IMG/VR virus record: IMGVR_UViG_3300012894_000015 | Coordinates: 1-36,058 of that record | Strand: one strand, 5' to 3' | Length of the DNA: 36,058 bases | Source: a virus | Lineage: Duplodnaviria; Caudoviricetes | Shown: positions 27,691 to 35,942 of the stretch, piece after piece | Numbering within the stretch: position 1 is the first letter of the stretch | How the letters are laid out: each line of letters begins with the position of its first letter | The notes under the pieces: generated by a model | The model's input: the letters and a program-made list of their open reading frames with translations, nothing else | The model's database searches: none | What the model was told of the DNA's origin: nothing | Program-made: the position numbers and the translations under genes

Positions 27691-29240
27691 TGGCACAGGT
27701 CAAGAGTCGCAATGACAAGACGGGCCGGTTTTACTACCCGGACGAAGCGAGCGCCAAAAACTACATCAACACGCAGGGGCGTCTGGTGGTCGGGAGCCCG
27801 GTTGGTGTGCTGAACGTCTTCAGGCGGCGGGCCGTTGCTGGTGTTGTCGCTACTATCGCTACGTTTCGCACCCGAGATGCGGCCCAGATCGTCTGGACCG
27901 ACCGCACGACCAGTTTTGTGATCACCGACGCCGACCTGACAGCCGGTGTCTATGGCCCACAGGTGAACGGACGGTACCGGATCAACCTGGGCAACCTCCG
28001 CAGCACCGTGCCCGGCGTGCCCGCCCTGAAGTATCTGGGCGCGGCGGCGCTGACCTTCTATGGCATGAACCTGTTCGGCTGGGGCATGGACGCCACGGCT
28101 CAGACGGGCATGAGCTACTTCGGAACAAATTCAGACGTTCGGTTTGAAGACACCCTGTTCCTGAGCGGCAAGCCGCCAGCTGGGTACGACGGTGCCATGC
28201 CCGGTCACGACATTGTGAGTGAGGGCGGCGCCAACCTTGAAGCCGTTAACTGTGAGTCGCACGGCACACGCGGCACGCTGGTCTATCAGTTCAAGAGCGG
28301 GTATAAGGCGGGCGGCGGCGTCCGGTTCCAGCGCTTCCCGAAGATGAACATAGACGGTCGCCGGGTGGACGTAAACGGCAACTGGGACGGCCGCACCAAG
28401 GTCGCCAACTATATTCAGCTCCAGAAGTGCGCCGCACTGGACAGCAACACCTTCATTGAGGACTACATCTCCCGCAATGATCCGGTGTATGCCGCCGAGG
28501 TTGAGGACGTGGTGAGCGTCTTCGGTTCTTACTGCGCCAGCGGTCAGACGGTGGAGTTCAGGCGGTTTCTCGTTGAGAACGTGTTCCCGACCGACCCGCT
28601 GTTCGCTGCCTCCGGTGGTACCAGAGACACCCTGGGGCTGCGGGCAGACGGGTCGCTGATCGGAACCGGCGCGACGGGTGGTCTGATGGGCGACTTTCAG
28701 GACTTGACCGGCTATACCGTGGCAACCATCGCTCAGGGCTTCGTCATGAAGGCGGGCACCGTGCTGTCCTGGGCCAATTACGGCGCAGGTATCCAAGCAG
28801 GCCACAACAACATCATTGACGGCGTGACGGTGATCAGCGCCGGGGTGATCCGTAGCAAGGCGGCAGCGGGCTGGTCCCGGCTGGCCTGGACGGATGGTGG
28901 CGGTATCGAAGCGTGGGACCGGGCGCCGAACAGCAATTCCAGTTTCTACTTTTCCAATCAGATCAAGAACTGCATTGCCGGTCACTACGTGCAGAACGCA
29001 GACGGCAGCAGGCGCAGCGGCTACACCCCGATCTGGGACGCCAGCAACGGCGGAGGGGGCTGCACCTTCACCAACAACACGCAGCGCCCGATACCTGCCA
29101 CCATCGCTGCCGCCCTGGCCGAGCAGGACGCGGCACGCACGGCGCAGCTGGCTGTCTGGTCGGCAGCCGGAACCGTGCTGGGTCTGGTGGGCGCCAGCCC
29201 ATTCGTGAATCTGAAGATCAGCACTGACCCGGCCGCCTGA
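27690..29240 (+). CDS. Second beta-helix-like protein (putative depolymerase/RBP)
   Basis: TGATG coupling. Gly/Asn-rich beta-helix-like segments (NYGAGIQAGHNNIIDGVTVIS). Confidence 0.6.
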   Translation: MAQVKSRNDKTGRFYYPDEASAKNYINTQGRLVVGSPVGVLNVFRRRAVAGVVATIATFRTRDAAQIVWTDRTTSFVITDADLTAGVYGPQVNGRYRINLGNLRSTVPGVPALKYLGAAALTFYGMNLFGWGMDATAQTGMSYFGTNSDVRFEDTLFLSGKPPAGYDGAMPGHDIVSEGGANLEAVNCESHGTRGTLVYQFKSGYKAGGGVRFQRFPKMNIDGRRVDVNGNWDGRTKVANYIQLQKCAALDSNTFIEDYISRNDPVYAAEVEDVVSVFGSYCASGQTVEFRRFLVENVFPTDPLFAASGGTRDTLGLRADGSLIGTGATGGLMGDFQDLTGYTVATIAQGFVMKAGTVLSWANYGAGIQAGHNNIIDGVTVISAGVIRSKAAAGWSRLAWTDGGGIEAWDRAPNSNSSFYFSNQIKNCIAGHYVQNADGSRRSGYTPIWDASNGGGGCTFTNNTQRPIPATIAAALAEQDAARTAQLAVWSAAGTVLGLVGASPFVNLKISTDPAA

Positions 29241-29254
29241 CCCCTGGAGTCTCC

Positions 29255-29599
29255 ATGAAACATGTCCTGCCTGCGGCCCTGATCCTCGGGGCCGCTTCCG
29301 CTGCCGCCATCCTTTCGACCGCTTCAGCACCACCCACTCGCACCGCCTACTGCCAGCCGGTGGCTTACCGGGACTACGAGGTCGTCTTCGGCCGCTCGGT
29401 CCTGGTGCGCCCGGTACCCGGCTGTACCCGGCCGAGCCTGGTGCGCAAGGTCAGCAACCTCTCCGGGCTTCCGGAAGCTCCCCAGGAGATCCCTGTGCCC
29501 AGTCCGAACACCTTCCTGCCCCGCATCTGGTTGTTCGTCTCCCACCTCGAGTACTCGCTCGACGGGCACGGCTGGACGTACCTGCGGGCGCTGCCGTGA
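29255..29599 (+). CDS. Secreted hypothetical protein
   Basis: GGAG RBS, N-terminal signal peptide, two Cys. Confidence 0.65.
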   Translation: MKHVLPAALILGAASAAAILSTASAPPTRTAYCQPVAYRDYEVVFGRSVLVRPVPGCTRPSLVRKVSNLSGLPEAPQEIPVPSPNTFLPRIWLFVSHLEYSLDGHGWTYLRALP

Positions 29600-30078
29600 T
29601 CCGCCGCAACCGCTTCATCAGCTTGATCGAGCCTTTGCTTAACCAGCGCCTGACCATCGCGGGCAGCCACGCCGCCTTCGCCTTCGTCTGCCTGCTGCGC
29701 CCGAACCTCGACCTGATCTTCCGGGCGTATCAGCCGTTCCAGAACGTCACCGCCTGGGGTGTGGGACTGGGAGCCCTGGCCGTGGTGCTGCTGATGGCGC
29801 ACCGGGCCAGCCTGCTGCTGATGATCGCCCAGCTGATCAGCTCCTGCGCCATGTTCACGGTCGCTGGCCTCCTGACTCTGGGAGTGGGCATTATTCCAAC
29901 AGCGGCGGTCACGGCGTGGCTGGGCTTCATCTCCATCGTGCTGTTCGCGCGCACCTTCGGTGAGTGGCTGAGCGAGCAGGACTGGTACTGGGACCGGCGG
30001 GCCCGGCCGCCCCAGTGGCTGGAGCGGCGCGAGTGGTTCCGGCGGCTGAGGGACAAGAGCGAGGTGCAGCATGGCTGA
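29596..30078 (+). CDS. Multi-pass membrane protein (holin candidate)
   Basis: About four hydrophobic segments and a charged C-terminus; located in the lysis region. Confidence 0.6.
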   Translation: MIRRNRFISLIEPLLNQRLTIAGSHAAFAFVCLLRPNLDLIFRAYQPFQNVTAWGVGLGALAVVLLMAHRASLLLMIAQLISSCAMFTVAGLLTLGVGIIPTAAVTAWLGFISIVLFARTFGEWLSEQDWYWDRRARPPQWLERREWFRRLRDKSEVQHG

Positions 30079-30457
30079 TCCCACGTCGCTGGCCGACATC
30101 GCCAAGACGGCCGGCATCGGCGTGAGTGGGCTCGGCGTGGGCGTGGTGCTGACTCGGCTGCTCGGCGGGCTGCTGGAGGGCTGGCTGAGCGGCACAGCCG
30201 GTCAGGAACGGGAGCTGCGCAATGACCTGGCCGAGGAGCGGGGCAAGCTCCAAGCCTCGCTGACAGCGGCGCACAAAGAGACCGATGAGGTACGCGGCGA
30301 CGTGCGACGCATCCACGCCATGTACCTGCACGTGCTGACTGGCAGAGCGGAGGCCAGAGGCCTGCTGAAGGCGGCCGAGCGAGCCGCAGGAACACCGGAG
30401 ACGGTGTGGCCGGACGATCCGGTCGTGCCCCTCAACTCCCCAGGAGGCACCCCATGA
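30071..30457 (+). CDS. Single-TM coiled-coil protein (holin/antiholin candidate)
   Basis: Gly-rich TM followed by a coiled coil, directly upstream of the endolysin. Confidence 0.6.
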   Translation: MADPTSLADIAKTAGIGVSGLGVGVVLTRLLGGLLEGWLSGTAGQERELRNDLAEERGKLQASLTAAHKETDEVRGDVRRIHAMYLHVLTGRAEARGLLKAAERAAGTPETVWPDDPVVPLNSPGGTP

Positions 30458-31083
30458 AGATCACCCGCCAGATGATCGTGACGGCGAACAGCCGACACCC
30501 AACTGCCGAACTGACGGCGGCGAAGATGACCTGGTCGCTCGACCAGTTCGGAATCACCGATCCACACTCGGTGGCCGCGCTGCTCGCCAACCTGCAGGTC
30601 GAGAGCGGGATCGTTCCGAAGCGTGAGGGGCTGTACTACACCACGGCGGCTCGGCTCATGGCCGTGTTTCCAAGCAAGTTCGACCCGAGACGCGGTGGCC
30701 ACTATCCGACCGGGCCGTACCTGGGTAACCCCGAAGGCCTCGCCAACCTGGTGTACGCCGGGAAGCTCGGCAACGGCGACGCGGCGAGCGGGGATGGCTG
30801 GCGGTACCGCGGCGGAGGCATGGTGCAGACCACTGGCGAAGTGAACTACCAGCACACGGGCGAGCTGATCAATCAGCCGCTCAGGTCGCACCCGGAACTG
30901 ATCGAGCAGATCGGGGTGAGTTGTCTGGCGGCGTGCGCGTACTGGACGCGCATGAGCAGTGCCGACCAGCTGGCCCGGGCAGGCAACATCTCCGGCACGC
31001 GCCGAGCAGTAAACGGCCCGGCCATGCTCGACCTCGACGGGATGTTGGCCGTCTACCACCGCCTGCTGCCGCTGCTGAGCTGA
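30454..31083 (+). CDS. GH19 (chitinase-like) endolysin
   Basis: AGGAGG RBS. QVESG, LANLVYAGKLGNGD..SGDGWRYRGGGMVQTTG..NY and VNG motifs. Confidence 0.92.
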   Translation: MKITRQMIVTANSRHPTAELTAAKMTWSLDQFGITDPHSVAALLANLQVESGIVPKREGLYYTTAARLMAVFPSKFDPRRGGHYPTGPYLGNPEGLANLVYAGKLGNGDAASGDGWRYRGGGMVQTTGEVNYQHTGELINQPLRSHPELIEQIGVSCLAACAYWTRMSSADQLARAGNISGTRRAVNGPAMLDLDGMLAVYHRLLPLLS

Positions 31084-31145
31084 GCAGGTCGACAACCCAG
31101 GCCCGCGCTTCCACAGGCGGGCCGCCCTCATGCCTGGAGGCACCG

Positions 31146-32063
31146 ATGCAACGAATCCTGACACTGATCCTCGGCACCCTGACCCTCTGGCTCTGCTCGC
31201 TGGCACTGGCCCAGACCGCCCAGCCCGTCGAGCTGATCAAGGGCGTCTCACCCGCCACCATCACGCTGATCGTGATCGTCGGGAGCAGCTTCCTCGCCCA
31301 CTGGCTCACTGCCTTGACCAAAGGCCGGCTCGGTACCGAGGGTCGCACCACGCAGCTCTTGGCAGGCGGCTTCTCGGCGTTGACCGGCGGCCTGATCACC
31401 TTCCGCTCTGGCCTGTATGGCGAGGGCTGGACGGCCTTGCTGGTGGCGCTGCTGGTCAGCCTGGTCACCTGGGCTGCTGCAGACGCCCAGTGGCGCGGCA
31501 AGGTGCAGGCCGCTGCCGCTGCCTTGCAGGGTCTGCCCATCGTGCTCCTTCCAGCTCCTGCCTCGACCGACCCGACGCCCATCTCTCTCCCGGCCCCTGT
31601 GGAGGCCGCGCCCGCTCCAAAGGATCCCGACATGTTGACCCTCATGACCCTGCTGTCCGCTGCACTTTCCCTCGGTTCCACCCCCGCCACTCCCGGCCAG
31701 TCCGCCGCACTCGGCACCTGGGTCGACACCTGGCTGCCGAAGCTCAAGGCGGACGTGCAGGCGCTCGGAAACAACCTCAACGCCGTGACCCTGCTGGGTC
31801 TCGCCAAGGATGTGATCCCGGCGGCCAACCAGCTGGCGGGTGTGTTCGTGGGGGCTGACCGTGCTGAGGTGGTCGCCGTCACGCTGCGCTTCGCCGTGCA
31901 GCAGTTCGCACCGCCTGCCGTGGTGGCCAGCCTCGCGCCGCTGCTGGCGAGCGGCAGTATCGAGGGCCTGATCGAGAGCGTGTACCGCGAGCTGTTCCCG
32001 GTGCCGGTCACGCCCCCCGTGGTCAACGCGCCGGAACTGCCGAGCGGGGAGGGTGTGAAGTGA
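31146..32063 (+). CDS. Membrane protein: signal peptide, ~3 TM, Pro linker, helical C-terminal domain (lysis accessory)
   Basis: GGAGG RBS, ATG at 31146, ALA-Q cleavage-like site. Confidence 0.7.
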   Translation: MQRILTLILGTLTLWLCSLALAQTAQPVELIKGVSPATITLIVIVGSSFLAHWLTALTKGRLGTEGRTTQLLAGGFSALTGGLITFRSGLYGEGWTALLVALLVSLVTWAAADAQWRGKVQAAAAALQGLPIVLLPAPASTDPTPISLPAPVEAAPAPKDPDMLTLMTLLSAALSLGSTPATPGQSAALGTWVDTWLPKLKADVQALGNNLNAVTLLGLAKDVIPAANQLAGVFVGADRAEVVAVTLRFAVQQFAPPAVVASLAPLLASGSIEGLIESVYRELFPVPVTPPVVNAPELPSGEGVK

Positions 32064-32443
32064 AGCGCCTGCTGCTGCTGCCATTGATCCTGGCGTCCTG
32101 CACCTTGCTGGCTGGGCCGGTCGTGTTGCCCCCCGACCCGGGTGGTGCAACCTTGACTGTCTCGCAGACCCCCTCCTGCCTCTCGACTGAGACGGCCACC
32201 TGCATCACCCTGACCTACCTGCCCGGCAAGACCGGCACGCTGAACACCGTGATGCACCTGAAGGGCCCGAAGCTCCGGCTGAACGACACCCGATGTGCTG
32301 ACGAACCCGGTGGCGTGCTCTGTACCTTCGGCACGGTGCCAGCCACCGAGAAGCGGGTGGTCTACGTGACCGGGTACGCCTCGAGCACCTTGGAAGCAGA
32401 TCGAGCCGATGGTGCCAAGGTGAAGATCAGCGGCACCAGGTAA
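32060..32443 (+). CDS. Lipoprotein (o-spanin-like position)
   Basis: MKRLLLLPLILASC lipobox, GGAGG RBS, last gene of the late operon. Confidence 0.7.
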   Translation: MKRLLLLPLILASCTLLAGPVVLPPDPGGATLTVSQTPSCLSTETATCITLTYLPGKTGTLNTVMHLKGPKLRLNDTRCADEPGGVLCTFGTVPATEKRVVYVTGYASSTLEADRADGAKVKISGTR

Positions 32444-32551
32444 CGGACAACTTGCGCCAGAAAAGCTAAAATATGGTTCTGGGTGCCCTGATAGTGAGGC
32501 TCGGGGGTAAACGAGGCGAAGCAGGTAAAAAGAGGAACTAAGGCCTAGAGA

Positions 32552-32596
32552 AGCCCCCGCCCGCGCTGAGAAGCGTCTGGGCGGGGGCTCTTTTCT
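32552..32596. terminator. Terminator between late operon and convergent lipoprotein gene
   Basis: AGCCCCCGCCC ... GGGCGGGGGCT followed by CTTTTCT. Confidence 0.85.
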
Positions 32597-32602
32597 ATTG
32601 CT

Positions 32603-33871
32603 TTACGGCAGGTACAAGTAAGGCAAGATCTCGCTGCGACCTTGCAGACTCGGGCAGGTGTTCCCCAAGTCAACTGCTGGGCATTTCAATGTGATACCAA
32701 CCTCTCCAGTTCCAGGGGGAGCCACGGTGGTCAGAACATGGTTCGAATCATAGTAGGAGACAGCCTTGACGTCGCCGAAATACACGTCTGGGATGGGGTA
32801 ATCAACTCGGGGCGCAGCTGATGGTGTGTAGTTGACATCACCGACAGCGTTGAGTTTGATCACTGTGCCACCAGCCTGTGGTCCTGAAACCGGTGAAAGG
32901 CTCAGAAGGTGGACGTCGGGGCGAATAAAGCCAACGACATAGGTGAACAGTCCAGCGTTAACACTTCCATACTTGGTCTTTACCACGATAGGAACTTGAC
33001 CGGTATGACTTGGGGGCGCCAAGGTGGTCAATGAAGTCCCATCGCTATTAATCTGCACATTTGTGCCGTAATAATCCCGGCCGAACTCAGTGCCAAACTG
33101 TACGGTTGCGCCTTGGAGGTTGCTACCAGTGATGGTGACAATTGCAGGCAAGAAAGATGCGGTGCCATTTGGATTGGGTGGCCCAACAAACTCTTGGTTT
33201 CCAAAAAGACCAGTCACCATTGGCCGAAGGCTATTCGCTGTAACCGGGGCGCAACTGAACGTGGCCCCGGCCCAGTCGGCATGGTCGTAGAAGGAGTTGT
33301 TGCCGGCGTCGGTCACCACGAAGCGCAGGTCACTCTTGTTCCCGATGCCCACGTCGATGTGCTGCGTGGCACTCGCCCCGGTCATGACGCCGGAGTCGAA
33401 CAGCTTCACCCCGTCTGCGAACACCTGGAAGATCACGCTCCCGTTGTCCCTGACCTCATCGTCTACACCTACATCAGCCTGGAACCGGGTACAGGCGGGC
33501 GTTACCAATCCAGTGGCCTGGATGTGGATCTCGCTGTTGGCATGGACGCCGAGGCCAGTCGAGTACGCCTTGCCGTTCAGGGTGATCGGGTGGCCGTCTC
33601 CTGCGAGATATTCACCGTTGCTGGTGTTGAGTTCGATCGGTCCATAGCCGTTGGTGGCAGTGACCGAGAGCCCGATGCTGAAGTCCTGGGACTTCAACCC
33701 CTGCGACAAGGTGTTGTAAATGCGTTGACCTTCAGCGGTCGAGGCGGTCCAGCTGTGGTCCAGACCATCGGCGTAGGGGCCGGGTGCCGAGGTGGCGGCA
33801 GGTGTGCTGGATTGCCCACATCCTGCCAGTAGGAGACTTGCCCCCAGAACTGCTGCGAGTACTCGTTTCAT
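32603..33871 (-). CDS. Lipoprotein with NPCBM/NEW2 carbohydrate-binding domain and two IPT/TIG-like domains
   Basis: GGAGG RBS and MKRVLAAVLGASLLLAGC lipobox. NPCBM motif NGYGPIE..SNGE...GLGVHANSEI...DHADWA; IPT motifs SPVSGPQAGGTVI and VTITGSNL. Confidence 0.88.
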   Translation of the reverse strand: MKRVLAAVLGASLLLAGCGQSSTPAATSAPGPYADGLDHSWTASTAEGQRIYNTLSQGLKSQDFSIGLSVTATNGYGPIELNTSNGEYLAGDGHPITLNGKAYSTGLGVHANSEIHIQATGLVTPACTRFQADVGVDDEVRDNGSVIFQVFADGVKLFDSGVMTGASATQHIDVGIGNKSDLRFVVTDAGNNSFYDHADWAGATFSCAPVTANSLRPMVTGLFGNQEFVGPPNPNGTASFLPAIVTITGSNLQGATVQFGTEFGRDYYGTNVQINSDGTSLTTLAPPSHTGQVPIVVKTKYGSVNAGLFTYVVGFIRPDVHLLSLSPVSGPQAGGTVIKLNAVGDVNYTPSAAPRVDYPIPDVYFGDVKAVSYYDSNHVLTTVAPPGTGEVGITLKCPAVDLGNTCPSLQGRSEILPYLYLP

Positions 33872-33897
33872 CTTTCCCTCCAGGAACGAAAAAATGC

Positions 33898-33919
33898 CAG
33901 TGTGAACAATCTCACACTG
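33898..33919. promoter_or_regulatory. CRP-family binding site
   Basis: CAG-TGTGA-ACAATC-TCACA-CTG, an exact TGTGA-N6-TCACA, just upstream of the lipoprotein RBS. Confidence 0.7.
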
Positions 33920-34001
33920 ACATATAGAACTCATAAAGCTTGTTTAGTTAGATTTCATGAGTCGCACCGGGCAGAGGCCTCCCGGTGACTTTGTTCAATG
34001 A

Positions 34002-34436
34002 TCACCCGCCCATCGCCTGGAACACGATGCTCGGCAAGGTGGGTCGCTCGGCCAGGGCGCAGCTGTAGCTCCAGACCTCAGCGGCTTCATCGCGGGTCAG
34101 GGCAGCCAAACTGAGCACCGTGCGGCCCAGAACTTCACCGGCGACCTCGTAGTGACGCCCGAGGCCCAGGCCAGCCATGTCCTTGTGCAGCTTGCAGGCG
34201 ACGGTCTTGCCGATCGGCAGCATCTCCGGGCCGCTGAGGCGCTCGAAGGTGCCACGGGCCTCGGCCAGCTGGCGGATGGTCATGACCTGGTCGGCGGTGG
34301 CGGACTGGCCGTCGATCTCGAAGGCGAGGGCCGCGCCGTACCCAGTCGCGGTGATCTGGTGAACGGCCTGGGCGATGATGACGTCGTCGAGGAAGATCGG
34401 GTAACGGGCGGCGAAGGTACGGGTGGTATTGTTCAT
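34002..34436 (-). CDS. Hypothetical protein
   Basis: AAGGAAGTGA RBS, 144 aa, downstream of the leftward promoter. Confidence 0.8.
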   Translation of the reverse strand: MNNTTRTFAARYPIFLDDVIIAQAVHQITATGYGAALAFEIDGQSATADQVMTIRQLAEARGTFERLSGPEMLPIGKTVACKLHKDMAGLGLGRHYEVAGEVLGRTVLSLAALTRDEAAEVWSYSCALAERPTLPSIVFQAMGG

Positions 34437-34500
34437 GGGTTCACTTCCTTGGCGAACTCAGAGGGGCTGCTTCCTAGGGCCGGTCCTCTCTGGTGCCTAA

Positions 34501-34551
34501 ATAATAGGCGTATGCCTATCTATTGTCAATAGGTATACGCCTATGTATCAT
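34501..34551. promoter_or_regulatory. Back-to-back sigma70 promoters with two 16-bp palindromic operators
   Basis: Plus strand TTGTCA(34523)-17-TATCAT(34546); minus strand TTGACA(34529)-17-TATTAT(34506). Operators ATAGGCGTATGCCTAT (34504-34519) and ATAGGTATACGCCTAT (34529-34544). Confidence 0.85.
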
Positions 34552-34557
34552 GGGGCC

Positions 34558-34770
34558 ATGAACTGGTCGGAACTCGAAAAGGAAATCAGAAAACTGGCAG
34601 CAGAACAGCCCAGAGGGTTTCAGGCTCGGTTGGCCGAGCGCCTTCAGGTGAAGCAGCCGACCGTGGCTCAAGCGCTGTCTGGCCGCATCCGGATCCCTCC
34701 TGCCTGGATTGAGACGCTGCTCGACACACTCGGCATGGAGATCGTGCTGCGGCCTAAACAACAGCAATAG
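34558..34770 (+). CDS. XRE/Cro-like HTH transcriptional regulator (leaderless)
   Basis: QARLAERLQVKQPTVAQALSG HTH motif. ATG lies 6 nt after the -10 box. Confidence 0.88.
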   Translation: MNWSELEKEIRKLAAEQPRGFQARLAERLQVKQPTVAQALSGRIRIPPAWIETLLDTLGMEIVLRPKQQQ

Positions 34771-34932
34771 GCAGTGCTCGGTACCCCTACACGGGGTGAT
34801 ATGCCTGAGACAAAATGTAGACTGGTAGTCTGGCCTGTGGCAAATTCATAACTATAATAGGTAGGAACCGACTACACTAAATTGTTGGTTTGCCGAGGCG
34901 TTCTCCAAAATGCCTCCGCAGAGGGAGTTACT

Positions 34933-35508
34933 ATGCTGCAACAATATGACCGCGATGCCACCAGGGCTGCGATCCTCTATGTCGCGCAGCGCGTCGCCGA
35001 GCCTACGTTTCACAAAATCGGGAAGGTCCTGTATTTTGCTGACCGGAATCATCTTGAACAGTACGGACGCCTGATGTTTGGGGATACGTATAACGCTTTC
35101 AAGCATGGGCCTCTGCCCAGCAACGCGTATAGAGAATTGAGCCAGGTTAGGGAACGGCGAGTCTCTTCAGAAGAAGCTGGGTTCCATGTGACCATGCAGC
35201 TGGTCCGAGGCAGCCCGAAGCCTGCGCCTGTCGTCGTACCGGAACAACAGCCTGATTTGGATGAACTGTCGAGGGCAGCATTGGCCTGTCTTGATGCCTC
35301 GATAGAGAAATATGGCCACCGTACGTTCGACGAGCTCGTGACTTTGAGTCATGATGCTGCCTGGCACCAAGCCTGGAACAACAGAATGAATGAAGCCCCG
35401 CCGATGCCGATAGAAACCCTGGTATACCCTTCCGAGCACCGAGAATTGCTGCTGGAATATATTCGGGATCCCCTGCCAGGGGAAGCTCCAGAGGCTCCCA
35501 GGGGCTAG
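34933..35508 (+). CDS. Panacea (DUF4065/SocA-like) antitoxin
   Basis: KIGKVLYFADRNHLEQYGRLMFGDTYNAFKHGPLPS, ELVTLSHDAAW. GAGGGAG RBS and upstream TATAAT at 34853. Confidence 0.9.
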   Translation: MLQQYDRDATRAAILYVAQRVAEPTFHKIGKVLYFADRNHLEQYGRLMFGDTYNAFKHGPLPSNAYRELSQVRERRVSSEEAGFHVTMQLVRGSPKPAPVVVPEQQPDLDELSRAALACLDASIEKYGHRTFDELVTLSHDAAWHQAWNNRMNEAPPMPIETLVYPSEHRELLLEYIRDPLPGEAPEAPRG

Positions 35509-35513
35509 CACTG

Positions 35514-35933
35514 ATGCCACCGACGCCCCACTTTTCGCTCTCTGATCTGCAGCCTTGGGACGTCTATCGAATCCCCAACGTTGAACAGATGGACCCACCC
35601 AAACCTAAGTTCGTGGTCGTCGTTGATACGGCGGCCACTTACTGTAGGGGGTTCGTCATCAACTCCGACTACCCGCCGTTCGTGAAAGAGTTCAGGACTG
35701 AGTTGAAATCCAGCTACGCGCAAATCCTGCTTGTAGAACACGGATTTCTAAGCTGGGATTCTTTGGTGGATTGCACAGGAATCTATACCTTTACGCTTGT
35801 GGACCTTGCCGTCTCCCGGTACGTCGGAAGGCTGACTGCCAATTGTGCGCAAGCAGTCCAAGAGGCTGTTGTTGCCTCCGATACGATCAAAGCGAAGACT
35901 CAAAATATGATTACCGGCCTACCCTTGCCGTGA
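35514..35933 (+). CDS. Putative MazF/PemK-like toxin
   Basis: 5 nt after the antitoxin. WDVY, KPKFVVVV, DSLVDC and VGRL followed by a C-terminal helix mirror the PemK layout. Confidence 0.6.
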   Translation: MPPTPHFSLSDLQPWDVYRIPNVEQMDPPKPKFVVVVDTAATYCRGFVINSDYPPFVKEFRTELKSSYAQILLVEHGFLSWDSLVDCTGIYTFTLVDLAVSRYVGRLTANCAQAVQEAVVASDTIKAKTQNMITGLPLP

Positions 35934-35942
35934 GTTAAAAAC

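Larger units (their letters stand above)
147..35933 (+). mobile_element. Siphovirus-type prophage/phage region (late operon plus accessory ends); boundaries uncertain
   Basis: Canonical order terminase-portal-protease-capsid-neck-tail tube-chaperone-tape measure-tail tip-RBPs-lysis. No sheath gene. Confidence 0.93.

Noticed and set aside
23898-29240. Diversity-generating retroelement or invertible tail-fibre cassette
   Set aside because: No reverse transcriptase or invertase, and no TR/VR repeat pair noticed by eye. A self dot-plot would confirm.
32488-32530. Hammerhead-like CTGATAGTGAG...CGAAG
   Set aside because: The core deviates from CUGANGA/GAAA and flanking stems are missing.
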